Shown here: in pieces, positions 1 through 11,392 of the stretch | Numbering within the stretch: the stretch's first letter is position 1 | Layout: each line of letters opens with the position of its first letter | Notes under the pieces: generated by a model | Seen by the model: only the letters and a program-made list of their open reading frames with translations | Database searches by the model: none | Told to the model about the DNA's origin: nothing | Origin: a virus | DNA: 64,000 bases | Strand: one strand, 5' to 3' | Virus record (IMG/VR): IMGVR_UViG_3300008114_000040 | Coordinates: 25,568 to 89,567 of that record | Position numbers and translations under genes: made by a program

Positions 1-508
1 ATGTGTTAACTTGATCACTAATTACTGGTTCACAATAAAACGATGATGTTACAATTCTGTAAAAGTTTGTAATTTTTGATCCGTTATCATTTAAATATTC
101 AACTCTAAACCCAACCAAACCTTGGTTAACGAATTTGTTTCTATATTGTGATGGAACTTGATTAATATCAATAATAAGTCCTTTTACGTTTGGTAATGCC
201 GACAAAACACCACAATCAAGTATGGTCGTTCTAATTTCGGCCGGTCTAATCATTAATGTGTAAATTCCAATTTGGTTAAACTCACTAGCCGGAAGTTTTA
301 GGTTGTAAAGTCCACCTAGGATTTCAATATCCGGATTTCCACCTGTGTTATTGTTGTGAAAATAAGGCGTGAGAATATTTGTTGCATTTAATTTTTTTAA
401 TGTAAAATTATCTGTCACATCCCTAGATTGAGTGTAGTGTAAAATGATTTCAACATCCTCTGGTGAAACGTCCGCTGGTCTAACAATACCATATGTACCT
501 AATGCCAT
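1..508 (-). CDS. Putative virion structural protein, N-terminal part (runs off window start)
   Basis: ATG at 508; frame MALGTYGIVRPADVSPEDVEIILHYTQSRD... stays open to the window edge; TATTTAT motif 10 nt upstream; follows the baseplate genes. Confidence 0.75.
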   Translation of the reverse strand, partial: MALGTYGIVRPADVSPEDVEIILHYTQSRDVTDNFTLKKLNATNILTPYFHNNNTGGNPDIEILGGLYNLKLPASEFNQIGIYTLMIRPAEIRTTILDCGVLSALPNVKGLIIDINQVPSQYRNKFVNQGLVGFRVEYLNDNGSKITNFYRIVTSSFYCEPVISDQVNT

Positions 509-539
509 TTTTTATTTTATAAATAGTTTATGCTCCTTT

Positions 540-1628
540 TTATGTTTGATTGATTTTGTAATACTTATAACCGTATCTGACAAGATCCCCGATATTATCA
601 ATTTCACCTAACCTTTGTAACGGTTCAAAGGCACTATATTTACCTCGTTCAATGTAAACGTCACTTTGTACTTCAGGATCAAACACAAAATCAAGTAATC
701 TTTCGTTTTTGGTCAACGCACTTATCACTATATTATCTTGAGTAAACCCAGAACTTTCGGCGATATATATTGTTGAATCGTCATTAAAATCAAAATATTT
801 AATACCGTTGATTGTATATTCGGTATATTCCGTGGTAATATTGTCTACTTGCCCATAAAGTTGGTTGTTTTTGAAAATAGGGTACCCGACCGTATATGGT
901 GTTGGTCCATATCTTTTTAAATTAAACAACTTGGATGTTGTTACTCCAGTAACTGGGATTGGCAGTGACTCATACGAACTTGATATTTGCGAAAGAATAT
1001 TTGTTTGTGAATCACCTGTAAAGATAAAGTTATACGTTGTTGGTATACCAGACCAATTTCCAGATTGGGGTGTCAAGGTAACGGTCCCTTGTAAGTTTGA
1101 AATAGTGGGTGTCACAAATGGTAAAAATATCTCTTTTTGAATAACTGTTGTACCCCACGTATTTTGTCCTGAAAGTGATATTGTGTAACTTTCAGGTGAA
1201 TTAATATAGTTGTGAACTAACGGTTGGTTTGAAATTGTTTCGGTTGGTGACCCGTCACCCCAGTCAACAGTAAACGTACTAAACGACAAAAACGAAACGT
1301 TAATATCACCAGATGTATTATATAGATAGACATCGTATGGGGTTATTGTATTTGCTGAATATAAGAAATTAGTTAATATATCCTTTTGTAAGATATCACC
1401 ATCAAACTCACTATACACCCCCAAATCATTTATTGTTTGAGTAAAAAATATAGGTATGGTTAAACCGGTTAAAATAGATGACCCATTAGTACCTCCACTC
1501 AAAATATAGGTCATTCCGGAATATAATCCAAACGTATTTAACCCACTATCACCACTATAAGTGATTGTTACCAAATCATTTTTTAATGATTCTGGTGATA
1601 TTCTCAAACTATATCTTATTTCATCCAT
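540..1628 (-). CDS. Virion structural protein with PKD-like domain
   Basis: 362 aa, Thr/Ser/Gly rich; FTVDWGDGS...HNY...YTISL is a PKD signature; in baseplate operon. Confidence 0.6.
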   Translation of the reverse strand: MDEIRYSLRISPESLKNDLVTITYSGDSGLNTFGLYSGMTYILSGGTNGSSILTGLTIPIFFTQTINDLGVYSEFDGDILQKDILTNFLYSANTITPYDVYLYNTSGDINVSFLSFSTFTVDWGDGSPTETISNQPLVHNYINSPESYTISLSGQNTWGTTVIQKEIFLPFVTPTISNLQGTVTLTPQSGNWSGIPTTYNFIFTGDSQTNILSQISSSYESLPIPVTGVTTSKLFNLKRYGPTPYTVGYPIFKNNQLYGQVDNITTEYTEYTINGIKYFDFNDDSTIYIAESSGFTQDNIVISALTKNERLLDFVFDPEVQSDVYIERGKYSAFEPLQRLGEIDNIGDLVRYGYKYYKINQT

Positions 1629-2458
1629 TATGGGTTCACATATTCATACCATTTTATTGGGTCAGTACTATCACCCACTCTTAAATAATTAATAGTACCG
1701 TTGTTTTGTGGTTGTTGTTTAAAAATTTCATATTCGTAGTTGTTATAATCCAAAACTACTTTATAATAAAAATACAAACTTTTATCAAAATTAAACTTAT
1801 TTGGGCCACTTAATGTTGATTGTGGTTCATTCATAAACCTTATAAATTGTCCGGTTTTGCCATTGAAAAATTTAGCCGAAACATAAAATTCATTTATATT
1901 AATATAATCCCTTTCTTTTAACCAATAAATAAAAAACCCTTCTTTATCGGCACCAACATAATCTAATATAAAATTCGGTTGTTTAACGTCAACAATAGTT
2001 GGTCCAATCAGTGCAGGAATACGAGTCCCTTGTTGTGTTGGGAGTATGACAGTAAAATAGGGTCTTTGTTTTTCACTTTTATTGGAGTCATAAAAGTCTA
2101 ACTTGAAAAAACTTTTTTTAAAGGAGTTTGCAAAGTAATATAACTCAGACGACGTAAACCCTTGAAAGCCGTAATTAATTTCCCAATCCGTAATCGTGGC
2201 ACTATTAATAGTTCCAAAAGTGTTAAAAAAATTAAATTGATAATTTAGTAATGTTGATGTTTGATTTGTTGGATATGGTGCGTTGGCAAACTTAGTGGTT
2301 TCAAAGTCGTCAATACCATTAATAATGTCTGAGACTACATCAATTTCAAACTCATTAATTCCTTCCTCTCTACCGACATTGTCAAATTTAATATTAACCG
2401 GGATGTTAATATATTTGTCGTTAGCGGACTTCGCATATCTATAATAATTATTATTCAC
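1628..2458 (-). CDS. Hypothetical structural protein (baseplate operon)
   Basis: 276 aa; overlaps both neighbours, suggesting translational coupling. Confidence 0.55.
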   Translation of the reverse strand: MNNNYYRYAKSANDKYINIPVNIKFDNVGREEGINEFEIDVVSDIINGIDDFETTKFANAPYPTNQTSTLLNYQFNFFNTFGTINSATITDWEINYGFQGFTSSELYYFANSFKKSFFKLDFYDSNKSEKQRPYFTVILPTQQGTRIPALIGPTIVDVKQPNFILDYVGADKEGFFIYWLKERDYININEFYVSAKFFNGKTGQFIRFMNEPQSTLSGPNKFNFDKSLYFYYKVVLDYNNYEYEIFKQQPQNNGTINYLRVGDSTDPIKWYEYVNP

Positions 2459-4178
2459 AATTATCTACTGTTGGTTCGTTTATTTCTATTAATTGTTGAT
2501 TTATATCTCTTAAAATAGGATATTGTAAAAATAATATTTCACTAAACGGATAGTGACTTCCATTTATAAAGGGATAGTCAACCCCAATATTATTGTTATC
2601 TATGTAGCCATAAGTATAAAGATCCCTCCAATACCATGTATCGTCATATTGACTGAACCAAGCATAACCTGGAATTTTATCTACATAATCTTTATCACCC
2701 GACTCAACATAATCACTAAAAGCCCTTATTTGTATTGGGTAATGTGGGGTATATAAATAACCGGATGGTAAATTTTGTGGTGAGTTATCATAAAATACAG
2801 TATCATTTAATGAATATTTGTGAAACATATTCGTTAATACGTACTCTTTTTGTTCATAATAATTATATTCACAAAAATCACCTTTTATAATATCACCAAC
2901 ATTTAAAAAATCATTATAATAAAATGTTTGACCATTAATAAGATACGAACCACTTGGTATGTTATCTTTGTTATTCACTGAGTTTTTATCCCACCAGTTA
3001 TCAACACTATTTTTCAAAAAATTGAATCCCCAACCGATATCAATTCCGGTTGGTTGGTTATTTTGATTTGGGTATGGTTTGTTGAACCAACCCATATAAC
3101 CTCTTTGAATTGTGGTTATGAACAGTTCGGTAATTGGTTTGCCGTTGTTATCAATTAAACCCCCAATAGACGTATCTTTATCAAAAGTAAATGAAAATGT
3201 TTGAGTGTTATCTTTAATTGATACTCGTTGGGTTTGGTTTGGGGTTAATACATTATATTCTAACTTCCTTTTTATGGTAAATGGATTATTTTCAAACCCA
3301 GCTTTTGATATGTTACATTCGTTTGATGTTTTTAATACTTTATGTAGTCTAACATAATAAATTGATTTTGTTTCAGCAGAATTCGCTAGATTTGTGATTC
3401 GTTTTAAAGTCCCATAAGTTCCGGTTTGAATATCTGTTGGGCTGTATTTTAAGTCATAAATTGTAAATACATTTTCTTCGGATAAATAGCTACCGTCACC
3501 TAACCCAAAAACCGTAAACACATTTTGACCATCAATTGGTGTTGATAACTCAACATAGTCACCTTCTTTTAAATTGTGTTTTGTCCCACAATAAAAATAA
3601 ATTAAGTTTTTACCATTAAAAACACCCGAATCAATTACATATGGTATACCATTACCACAAACAAAACCATTATTTGTTACGTTATATTTTTCATTTGTAT
3701 ATGACATTGTTTGTGCGGTCGTACTTGAAAAAGCATAAGTTACATAAAAGGACCAATTATAGGATGAGGCACTTTTATTTACAAAAGGAATATGACCAGT
3801 AATACCTTGGTCTCTACTTATTACGAATTCACTAAATTGTGGATAACCTTCCCAAGGTGTGTTTGGGTTTGATAATGTTGATGTTGCGTTTTGTATTGGG
3901 TTTGTGTAATACAAATCATTTTTAAATGGTGTGTATGTTGTTTTACCGGAAACTTGATTATTTACAACATTCACAATTTTTCCAGCCAATCTGAATTTAT
4001 CACTACTCTGTCTTTCATTATCAAAAACTACTTGTTGGTCTACCAAAATTGTTCTATCACCCTCCACATATTCTCTCGTGTCAGAAAATAAAGGTGGTTG
4101 AACCCAAACCGGTTTGTTGTTATTTGAGGCAAACCTTTTATTACCTAAAACAATCCTTATTTCACTTTCATTATTCAT
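2451..4178 (-). CDS. Hypothetical structural protein (baseplate/tail)
   Basis: 575 aa; overlapping start/stop with flanking ORFs; beta-rich composition. Confidence 0.55.
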   Translation of the reverse strand: MNNESEIRIVLGNKRFASNNNKPVWVQPPLFSDTREYVEGDRTILVDQQVVFDNERQSSDKFRLAGKIVNVVNNQVSGKTTYTPFKNDLYYTNPIQNATSTLSNPNTPWEGYPQFSEFVISRDQGITGHIPFVNKSASSYNWSFYVTYAFSSTTAQTMSYTNEKYNVTNNGFVCGNGIPYVIDSGVFNGKNLIYFYCGTKHNLKEGDYVELSTPIDGQNVFTVFGLGDGSYLSEENVFTIYDLKYSPTDIQTGTYGTLKRITNLANSAETKSIYYVRLHKVLKTSNECNISKAGFENNPFTIKRKLEYNVLTPNQTQRVSIKDNTQTFSFTFDKDTSIGGLIDNNGKPITELFITTIQRGYMGWFNKPYPNQNNQPTGIDIGWGFNFLKNSVDNWWDKNSVNNKDNIPSGSYLINGQTFYYNDFLNVGDIIKGDFCEYNYYEQKEYVLTNMFHKYSLNDTVFYDNSPQNLPSGYLYTPHYPIQIRAFSDYVESGDKDYVDKIPGYAWFSQYDDTWYWRDLYTYGYIDNNNIGVDYPFINGSHYPFSEILFLQYPILRDINQQLIEINEPTVDNCE

Positions 4179-7100
4179 CTTGATTCAATATGTATTTTGT
4201 AATGTATCTATTGATTGTACTTTTCCCTTTGTTCAATCCAAAATAAAAATGATACGGTGCACCAACAATGAAACTATTCTGTGTTCCACTTGGGAATTGT
4301 GGGTTATTTATACCATTAGATGAGTTAAATATATACCCTCTTCTACCACCATTAGTATCATTGAAATAAGGGGATATTGGTGAATTATCAAAACTTAAAT
4401 CTTGGTATTTTTGACTATAAAACCCTCCGTTTGAAATATTTGTTGCCCAATCATTAGTATCCAGTCCAAATATGGTATTACCACCAGCTAAATTCCATTT
4501 GTAGAATGGGACCTCTTGTGTTTTAGGATAACCAAAAGTATAACTCAACGATGAATTAAATGTTAATACCCCCGGTGAAACTACTTTCCTATCTATTGTA
4601 TTTGATGTAAAAAATACACCCATAACAATATCTGAGTTGTTTGAGATATAGAGATCGTTATCATCGTAAGTATCGTCATCAAACCCCTCAACACCATATT
4701 CAGAGTTAATACTAAAAAGTTGTGCCAAATCACCATCAATTCTTTGTTCACTTCTTGAGAACATTTTATTAATTGAAGCATCCCCTAACCCCAAGGCTTG
4801 TCCCCAAAAGTTTGAATTAATCATTCTGGAAATAAAGAATAAAGAAAGTAAGTCTGACGTATCTTTAAATGAGGTACTAAGAAGGGTATCTACATAATAA
4901 CCTTCAAAATTTGGGTTTGTACAGATTTCTTTTGTAAATTCATCTTTCGGTCCCAAATCCATTACCGTTGTTGGAAAAAATATATTTCTTTCGTTCATAC
5001 CTCCATAACCCGCCGGTTGTAGTGTTGGGTCTCCGAATGTGGCTCTTTTAGGTATTTGACCAATAAAATTTGTTCCGTCATAAGGTGTTGCTCTATAAAA
5101 AAAAGAATTTGTTGTTCCCTCAGTATAATAAATCGGTCCTTGTCCTGGTCTGTATGTACTATCATATGAACCACAAAATAAATACTTTTTTGGTTGTCCA
5201 ACAATATCAAAAATGGTTTGTTTTTTGAACGCAAACATATACAGTGTACCATTTACCCAATTGTTTTGAAATACGTGAGAAAAAATACCCCTACAAGCAC
5301 CAAAAACCAATCTAAATCTTGATTTCCACTCGGTAAGTAATTTAATATCTTTGATGATTGAAACAATGAGTGGGTCATCCACCAAATAATAACACCCACC
5401 TTTCATTCTCTTACCATCGGGGTTGGCGTCACACGGACTTAAAACTGTAAAATTAGTACCAGAACCATCATAACAATCAAGAAGTGTCATGTTTTCACAG
5501 GTTAATGTAGCAAGAACAACATCACTAGTTTGACTTGGTGTGTCTCCCTGTGAATCTTGACTGTTACCATTACTATCAGTTGAGTTTGATATATTATTTG
5601 GGATGTTTAAATCATTAACACCTTGTATTGTGTAGTATGTAAAGTTGGAATTTAAATGTAACGAGAATGAGTTATTACCATCAATTTCAGTACTATCTGA
5701 TGTCGGTAACCTATCGGATCTAAACACTAGTAACTGACTATTGTTAATTTGTATATTAGATGGTGATTGATTATGGTAGGCCGGTGAAAAAGTTCTAACA
5801 AAGTCTGAATTATTTAGTATTGATCCTTGTTGGGTGTTTGAAGCCATTAAAGAACCACCTTCAATATTACCTTGGGTTAGAATATTATTAGTTTGATCAA
5901 ATGTAATTGTATTTGGTCCCGTATTTAATGTACCAACAAACGTTGTGTCGGACAAAACACCATCTGGTGAAGTAAACACACCTAAAGTAAAAGTATCCGT
6001 ATTATATGCTTTAAAGGTGGATTGTGTTTTATCTGTTGAATTATAATAATGTGGACTATTATTTGTAAACGCACTAAACATTGTTTGGTTTACATTAAAA
6101 CCGAATGGTTCATTATATAAATTACTTTGTAAGTTATTTGTTGTAATGTTATGTGTTTGTGGGGTTTTTTGGTCATTAAACCAGACACCCGAACCAGAGT
6201 TTGACCTTATCGGAATGTTTAAATAATACTCACCTTCAACAATCAACCCATTACCAAATGTCTTACCAAATAAAGGTGATAAGTCGTATTTTATTGTTTG
6301 TTTTTCAGTGTACGGATCAACACCTCTAGTTAGAAATATAATTTCATACGTTTGGTAGTTTATGATTTGTTGGAGTGGGTATACGTCATAGGTACTAGTT
6401 GTAGGTAGACCAAAATCAAACTTTTGTTTTTTCTTAAACAAATACTTGTTAAGTAAACCACCAGATGGGGCTAAAAGTGTTTGATATTCTGAAACAGTAC
6501 CACCAGTAATAACTTGAAAATACTCAATACCCGCGGTGTACTTATATGTTGAGGTATCACCAGTTACCCTAATATATATATTTGATGTTTGAGGTAATCC
6601 ATTAACATCTATCCATGTTACTTGTTTTGGTACTAGGTTCGTACTAGTTTGTGTTGTACCTGTCAATACATTTAAATTAGGATCTGTAATTGATGCTGGG
6701 TTTGTAAATGAAATTAAATCACCACTAGTGAACGCATTTAAAGTTCCGGGATCGGCAAATATTACTAATACACTATCCTCAAACGGTTGGGATGGTGTTG
6801 AATTATTTATAGTGGTCCTAATCCGATTTTCACCATCAAAATATCTTTGTCTTAAATTAGCTAAATTCATAGATTGTGTCAAAGTCACATCATAACCTAA
6901 ACGTTTTTGTCCACCCACGGATGGAAACTCAGTGATTGGTGTTTTAATGAATTGACCAGACGGATATCCGGCGAGTACTTGTCTTATACCCTCATATGTT
7001 GCTTGTGGGTCACTTGAATTCACAGGTGGTGAGTAGTTATATGAATCAATAGTATTAATGTCACCCAACAAAATATTATTTTCAGATTCTATAGTTGTAC

Positions 7101-8940
7101 TTAACGATTCACTTGTTTGATTTGTGCTAGGTGGTATGGTTGTTTCTTCACAAGGACAGGCCTCACAATCAGGAAAGGACATCATAGGTAGTGCAATTCT
7201 TTTGAATGGATTTTCGTCGGGTAGTGGTTTAATTGTTTTTTTATTACAACCACCTTTAGGTTTATTACCACCACTAAGTGCTGATATCGCTTTACATATA
7301 CCATAAATTACAACATTTATTAACCAAATCAAAAGATCAATTATTAATTTCAATAATGGCCATATAAAAGCCAATACGTGTGCAATGATTATAAGTTGAT
7401 ATAAAATTGGTGTCAAAAGAGTAATCAACATATTAAATAAGAAGAATAAGAAATCAAAGTTTCTTACACCGTCATTAACCGGAAACCTATTGTTTGTTGT
7501 TGTACATCTTCTATCGGTAATTTCTTTAATACCCAAGTGTCTACTTCTATTTGATCCCCATTTCCATCTATCAATAAAACTGGTGATGGTATAAACTTTA
7601 TTAAAATTAAATTCATAAAACTTATCTTCACAATTAATCGCTTCTTGAATCATTTGTGAACCTAATGTTGTTGTTAAGTCACCATAATCCACCCAGTCCA
7701 AACTAAACGCATATGAATATTTTTGAGCATTTAGATCAGTTGGTGAGTTTTGATTTGATAGGCTCCATCCCCATTCTTTTATGTTTGGGATTAAATAATC
7801 CGCTCTAAGTATTTGATTATTAATTCCATTCTCATTTTGATATTGAATTCTAAACCTATATTTTCCTTTTGTTGGTATGCCAACACTTGGGTCATTTGAG
7901 AGTACTTGTTCACCGAATTCATTTGTAATGACATAATCTAAATTCATCGGTACTTCTGTCAACCACGTTCCGTTTTCGTCAATAACTTTACCATTATCTG
8001 GTAAAGAAAATTGTTCAAGTACTGGTCTACCGTCCGAATCGTAAGCTATCGTTTGTCTTATTGCTAATATTCTACCTTCAGACGACACTAAGTCACATAA
8101 GTTACCAGTGTCTTTTTTTGGTTTACAATTTGTTTTTAAAAAGTCCTCATCGGCATTTGAAAAAATGGAGCCCATAAATATGGCGTGAGGTTTTATCTCA
8201 ATACCTAAATCTCTTAAATCAAAATCCACTCGTGTAATACCAACTTCACAAAGTTCTGTTTCACCCCAAAATGAAGTGACGCTAACTTCTTTTTTTTGAT
8301 TCACAATTTGTGGTAGTGAATCCAAATCGGTTGACGATTTAAACCTATTTCCGTTGAACTGGCCGGACCCACCTCTACCTAAACTTATCAAATCTGAAGG
8401 TGAAAGTGAAAAACATCCGATGTTAGACAAATCAAGATCTAACATAACGACTTGTTGACCCAGAGGGACTCCTATAATCATAAAGTCACCACTCTCATTT
8501 GTTTTAACCGTGTATTTGTAGTATTTTTCATACACCTCTAAAACTTCCCTTCTGGTTAAAACATCTTCTCTATCGGGGAAGGTTCCGGTTGGTGTGTGAC
8601 CTTGATAATCCTGTCTATAAGGTAATAAATTGTATCTATAACCGTCTTCATTTTTTTGATCAACTGTTTTATATGGATATAATGTTGATATTACTGGGTC
8701 GTTCTCGTCTTCAGTTGTTAATGGAACAAAAACAGACACATTTGCATTTGGTATACCATAACCCCCATTTGTTATAACCCTTCCGGCGATAACACCATAG
8801 TCGGCACAAAATCTAGTATATACGTCATCTTGTCTTAACTTTAAGGAAAGAATTTCCAAAAAATCAAAGTCTTGATTAACATTAATTCGTATGTTTTTAT
8901 CCTCACCGGGTGTTGTTCTTATTCTATAGGTTTTGGTCAT
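4171..8940 (-). CDS. Large baseplate/tail-associated protein with N-terminal carboxypeptidase-regulatory-like domain and an internal hydrophobic hairpin
   Basis: 1589 aa; GRVITNGGYGIPNANVSV...TNESGDFMIIGVPLG beta-sandwich motif; ~60 aa hydrophobic stretch followed by CEACPC; directly after the baseplate wedge gene. Confidence 0.55.
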   Translation of the reverse strand: MTKTYRIRTTPGEDKNIRINVNQDFDFLEILSLKLRQDDVYTRFCADYGVIAGRVITNGGYGIPNANVSVFVPLTTEDENDPVISTLYPYKTVDQKNEDGYRYNLLPYRQDYQGHTPTGTFPDREDVLTRREVLEVYEKYYKYTVKTNESGDFMIIGVPLGQQVVMLDLDLSNIGCFSLSPSDLISLGRGGSGQFNGNRFKSSTDLDSLPQIVNQKKEVSVTSFWGETELCEVGITRVDFDLRDLGIEIKPHAIFMGSIFSNADEDFLKTNCKPKKDTGNLCDLVSSEGRILAIRQTIAYDSDGRPVLEQFSLPDNGKVIDENGTWLTEVPMNLDYVITNEFGEQVLSNDPSVGIPTKGKYRFRIQYQNENGINNQILRADYLIPNIKEWGWSLSNQNSPTDLNAQKYSYAFSLDWVDYGDLTTTLGSQMIQEAINCEDKFYEFNFNKVYTITSFIDRWKWGSNRSRHLGIKEITDRRCTTTNNRFPVNDGVRNFDFLFFLFNMLITLLTPILYQLIIIAHVLAFIWPLLKLIIDLLIWLINVVIYGICKAISALSGGNKPKGGCNKKTIKPLPDENPFKRIALPMMSFPDCEACPCEETTIPPSTNQTSESLSTTIESENNILLGDINTIDSYNYSPPVNSSDPQATYEGIRQVLAGYPSGQFIKTPITEFPSVGGQKRLGYDVTLTQSMNLANLRQRYFDGENRIRTTINNSTPSQPFEDSVLVIFADPGTLNAFTSGDLISFTNPASITDPNLNVLTGTTQTSTNLVPKQVTWIDVNGLPQTSNIYIRVTGDTSTYKYTAGIEYFQVITGGTVSEYQTLLAPSGGLLNKYLFKKKQKFDFGLPTTSTYDVYPLQQIINYQTYEIIFLTRGVDPYTEKQTIKYDLSPLFGKTFGNGLIVEGEYYLNIPIRSNSGSGVWFNDQKTPQTHNITTNNLQSNLYNEPFGFNVNQTMFSAFTNNSPHYYNSTDKTQSTFKAYNTDTFTLGVFTSPDGVLSDTTFVGTLNTGPNTITFDQTNNILTQGNIEGGSLMASNTQQGSILNNSDFVRTFSPAYHNQSPSNIQINNSQLLVFRSDRLPTSDSTEIDGNNSFSLHLNSNFTYYTIQGVNDLNIPNNISNSTDSNGNSQDSQGDTPSQTSDVVLATLTCENMTLLDCYDGSGTNFTVLSPCDANPDGKRMKGGCYYLVDDPLIVSIIKDIKLLTEWKSRFRLVFGACRGIFSHVFQNNWVNGTLYMFAFKKQTIFDIVGQPKKYLFCGSYDSTYRPGQGPIYYTEGTTNSFFYRATPYDGTNFIGQIPKRATFGDPTLQPAGYGGMNERNIFFPTTVMDLGPKDEFTKEICTNPNFEGYYVDTLLSTSFKDTSDLLSLFFISRMINSNFWGQALGLGDASINKMFSRSEQRIDGDLAQLFSINSEYGVEGFDDDTYDDNDLYISNNSDIVMGVFFTSNTIDRKVVSPGVLTFNSSLSYTFGYPKTQEVPFYKWNLAGGNTIFGLDTNDWATNISNGGFYSQKYQDLSFDNSPISPYFNDTNGGRRGYIFNSSNGINNPQFPSGTQNSFIVGAPYHFYFGLNKGKSTINRYITKYILNQDE

Positions 8941-9016
8941 TTGCCTTTTAAAAATAAATAGTTATTTTAGTCTTTTATTAAAAAAACTAAGTCACATAAC
9001 CAGAAAATAAAGGATA

Positions 9017-10855
9017 TTAAGAGAAGTCTACCGTTCTTAATTGTTTTACTCTGACATTGATGTCCCTACTATCAAATCTAACTTGGTATATTTGGTCTGG
9101 TTCGGCAAAAATAGTATCATCAATTAATTCAATTTCTCTTGTTTCTTTATCAATGTATCTTTGGGATGTTTGAGACGATGAATATTGACCGCCAACCCTA
9201 TTATACACTTTAAGATCAGACAATGTAATTACACCTGCCGTGTTTTGAATTAATCTACGAACATCTGAAACATTTAAGTTTTGACCCAAATCCCGATTGG
9301 TTGGTCTCATATAGTTTGATATTTGGTCAATCACTTCGGTTATAATTTGACTTTGTGAGGTATTGTTCTCAATCACAATTGAAATTTCAAATTCCAAATC
9401 AATAACTTTTGCAACATCAATTGATATATAATCATTTACCATTCTATACTTTGATAGGTAGGTTGCCAGATTTTGTTTTAAGGTATTGGCCACATTTTGA
9501 GTTAAGTTACCATCAGAATCATATGATAGGATTTGGACGACAACTTTATTATTATTTTCAGTAATCGCAACTTTAGCTGGTGCTCCAAATTTTCCGGGCA
9601 TTGTATCAATTAAAGATTTGTAATCATTAACAGTTACTGCTCGTTTTTGTGCAGCAAAGTTGAAAGCCACCATATTTCTAACTTCTTCAGTTGTTGGTGG
9701 ATTAGCACCACCTACCGCTGAGGTCACGTTATTAACCTTTAATGATCTTATAACATTTGAATTAATGGTATCCGATGGTCCATTAACAACCATATCAATA
9801 GTACCAATTTGATTGATGGCACCAACACCAACATTTGATGAAATACCACCACCAATCCTATATTGAATAAACAATGTTGTATTTGGTGTCACTGTCAATC
9901 CTAAACCAATATTATTTTGATAGTTTTGTATATTTAAAGGTACACCTAATTGAGCGAAATTCTGAAGTTGTTGATTTGGTGTTGTCGTACCACCACCAAA
10001 TTGTATTTTCATATACCCTTCCGGAGTATATTCAGTTATAAATCTATTGTCGGTTTTTAAATACCTACCAACTTTAAGTCCCGCCAAATCAATTGGTTTT
10101 GTTGGGTCCTCAATAAAAACGGTATCTTCGGCCAACGCATCAACTTCATACCATTTGTTTTGTGATGTAACAAATTCTGAACTAGGAGGTGTTGATTGGT
10201 ATTGGGTACCATCTTTTTGAATGATAGCCGTAACACCCAAAACATTTTTTTCTGGTAAAAAGAAATTGAAAAATGGTACAACATCATTTGGGTATACCAC
10301 TCTTTTAAATACCTTTGTTACACCATTAACCACCACTTCTCTTTTTGTTATTGTATAACCAACAATTTTATTTGTATTGTCAAAAATTGGGATTTTAGTT
10401 CTATTTACAAATCCTTCGTTGTTATATTGTGTTGAAAAATCAACATCGTATACGGTTTCAAACGTTTGACCCCCGCCATTAAATTGTGCTCCAGATCTTA
10501 AAATTCCCAAATATCTTGTATCTTCACTGTCACCAAAAGCAGGAACCTGAATGGATATATCAGCTAGAGCAACTGAAGGTCTAAATCCGGGTATTTTCAG
10601 ACCATAAGTTCTCGCAATATTATAAATTGATGACCTTTGTTGTGCATATTGAAGAACGGTCTCCTGTATACTTCTATCAATGTGGAAATGTAAGTTATCA
10701 CCAATGGCCGCGTTTAAGTCCATTAAAACTGAAAAAATGGACGCGTCGTTGAAATTTTGAACGACTTCTGGGTAGTATTGTTGAGCATAATTTATTAAAT
10801 CTTGTCTCAGACTTTCAAAATCCCTACTCGTATAATTAATTTTGTTCGTTGCCAT
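9017..10855 (-). CDS. Baseplate wedge subunit (T4 gp6 / P2 gpJ-like)
   Basis: N-terminal YTSRDFESLRQDL, ETVLQYAQQRSSIYNIARTYG, and GGANP..EEVR..AQKRAVTVNDY, typical of gp6/J. Confidence 0.88.
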   Translation of the reverse strand: MATNKINYTSRDFESLRQDLINYAQQYYPEVVQNFNDASIFSVLMDLNAAIGDNLHFHIDRSIQETVLQYAQQRSSIYNIARTYGLKIPGFRPSVALADISIQVPAFGDSEDTRYLGILRSGAQFNGGGQTFETVYDVDFSTQYNNEGFVNRTKIPIFDNTNKIVGYTITKREVVVNGVTKVFKRVVYPNDVVPFFNFFLPEKNVLGVTAIIQKDGTQYQSTPPSSEFVTSQNKWYEVDALAEDTVFIEDPTKPIDLAGLKVGRYLKTDNRFITEYTPEGYMKIQFGGGTTTPNQQLQNFAQLGVPLNIQNYQNNIGLGLTVTPNTTLFIQYRIGGGISSNVGVGAINQIGTIDMVVNGPSDTINSNVIRSLKVNNVTSAVGGANPPTTEEVRNMVAFNFAAQKRAVTVNDYKSLIDTMPGKFGAPAKVAITENNNKVVVQILSYDSDGNLTQNVANTLKQNLATYLSKYRMVNDYISIDVAKVIDLEFEISIVIENNTSQSQIITEVIDQISNYMRPTNRDLGQNLNVSDVRRLIQNTAGVITLSDLKVYNRVGGQYSSSQTSQRYIDKETREIELIDDTIFAEPDQIYQVRFDSRDINVRVKQLRTVDFS

Positions 10856-10856
10856 A

Positions 10857-11321
10857 TTATATATTAATTATTATAAATTCTCTTGACCCAAAAGCATTAT
10901 TATTGTTTGTATAGTCAATTCTTAATTTTGCGGTGTACTCTTCCGTACTAGCACCAGGTACTCTATATATATCACTTGTCCCCAATAAGTCAGTATTTAA
11001 TTCGTCCGGGGCTTCATCTGATTGTAAATATGGTGTAACTGATATGTTGTTAATTATTAAATTTGGTATATATTTATCTACTTGTTCTTGAATTTCAGCT
11101 TTGATTCCTTCAAAGGTCTCACCATCAAAAGGGTCAAAAATAAATTCATAAATTCTGGTCCCGAAATCCGGTAAATAATACCTACTACCTTTTCTTGTTA
11201 AAATCAAGTGTAGTAAGTTTGATCTTATTTCTTCATCTGTTGTTTCCGACAATGAAAAATAATAACCAAGCGGATTGTTCCTAAAAGGAAAATTAACACC
11301 ATATGTTGTTCCATTTGCCAT
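10857..11321 (-). CDS. Baseplate wedge / sheath initiator (gp25 / gpW family)
   Basis: IRSNLLHLILTRKGSRYYLPDFGTRIYEFIFDP is the gp25 family motif; adjacent to gp6-like gene. Confidence 0.9.
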   Translation of the reverse strand: MANGTTYGVNFPFRNNPLGYYFSLSETTDEEIRSNLLHLILTRKGSRYYLPDFGTRIYEFIFDPFDGETFEGIKAEIQEQVDKYIPNLIINNISVTPYLQSDEAPDELNTDLLGTSDIYRVPGASTEEYTAKLRIDYTNNNNAFGSREFIIINI

Positions 11322-11360
11322 ATTATAATAAATATAATGTGGTACACTTTTCTTTTAAAT

Positions 11361-11383
11361 AAAAAATCCCAACTAGATTGGGA
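11361..11383 (-). terminator. Rho-independent terminator after nrdA
   Basis: Stem TCCCAA/TTGGGA, 5 nt loop, followed by a T6 tract on the minus strand. Confidence 0.7.
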
Positions 11384-11392
11384 CTTAATTTT

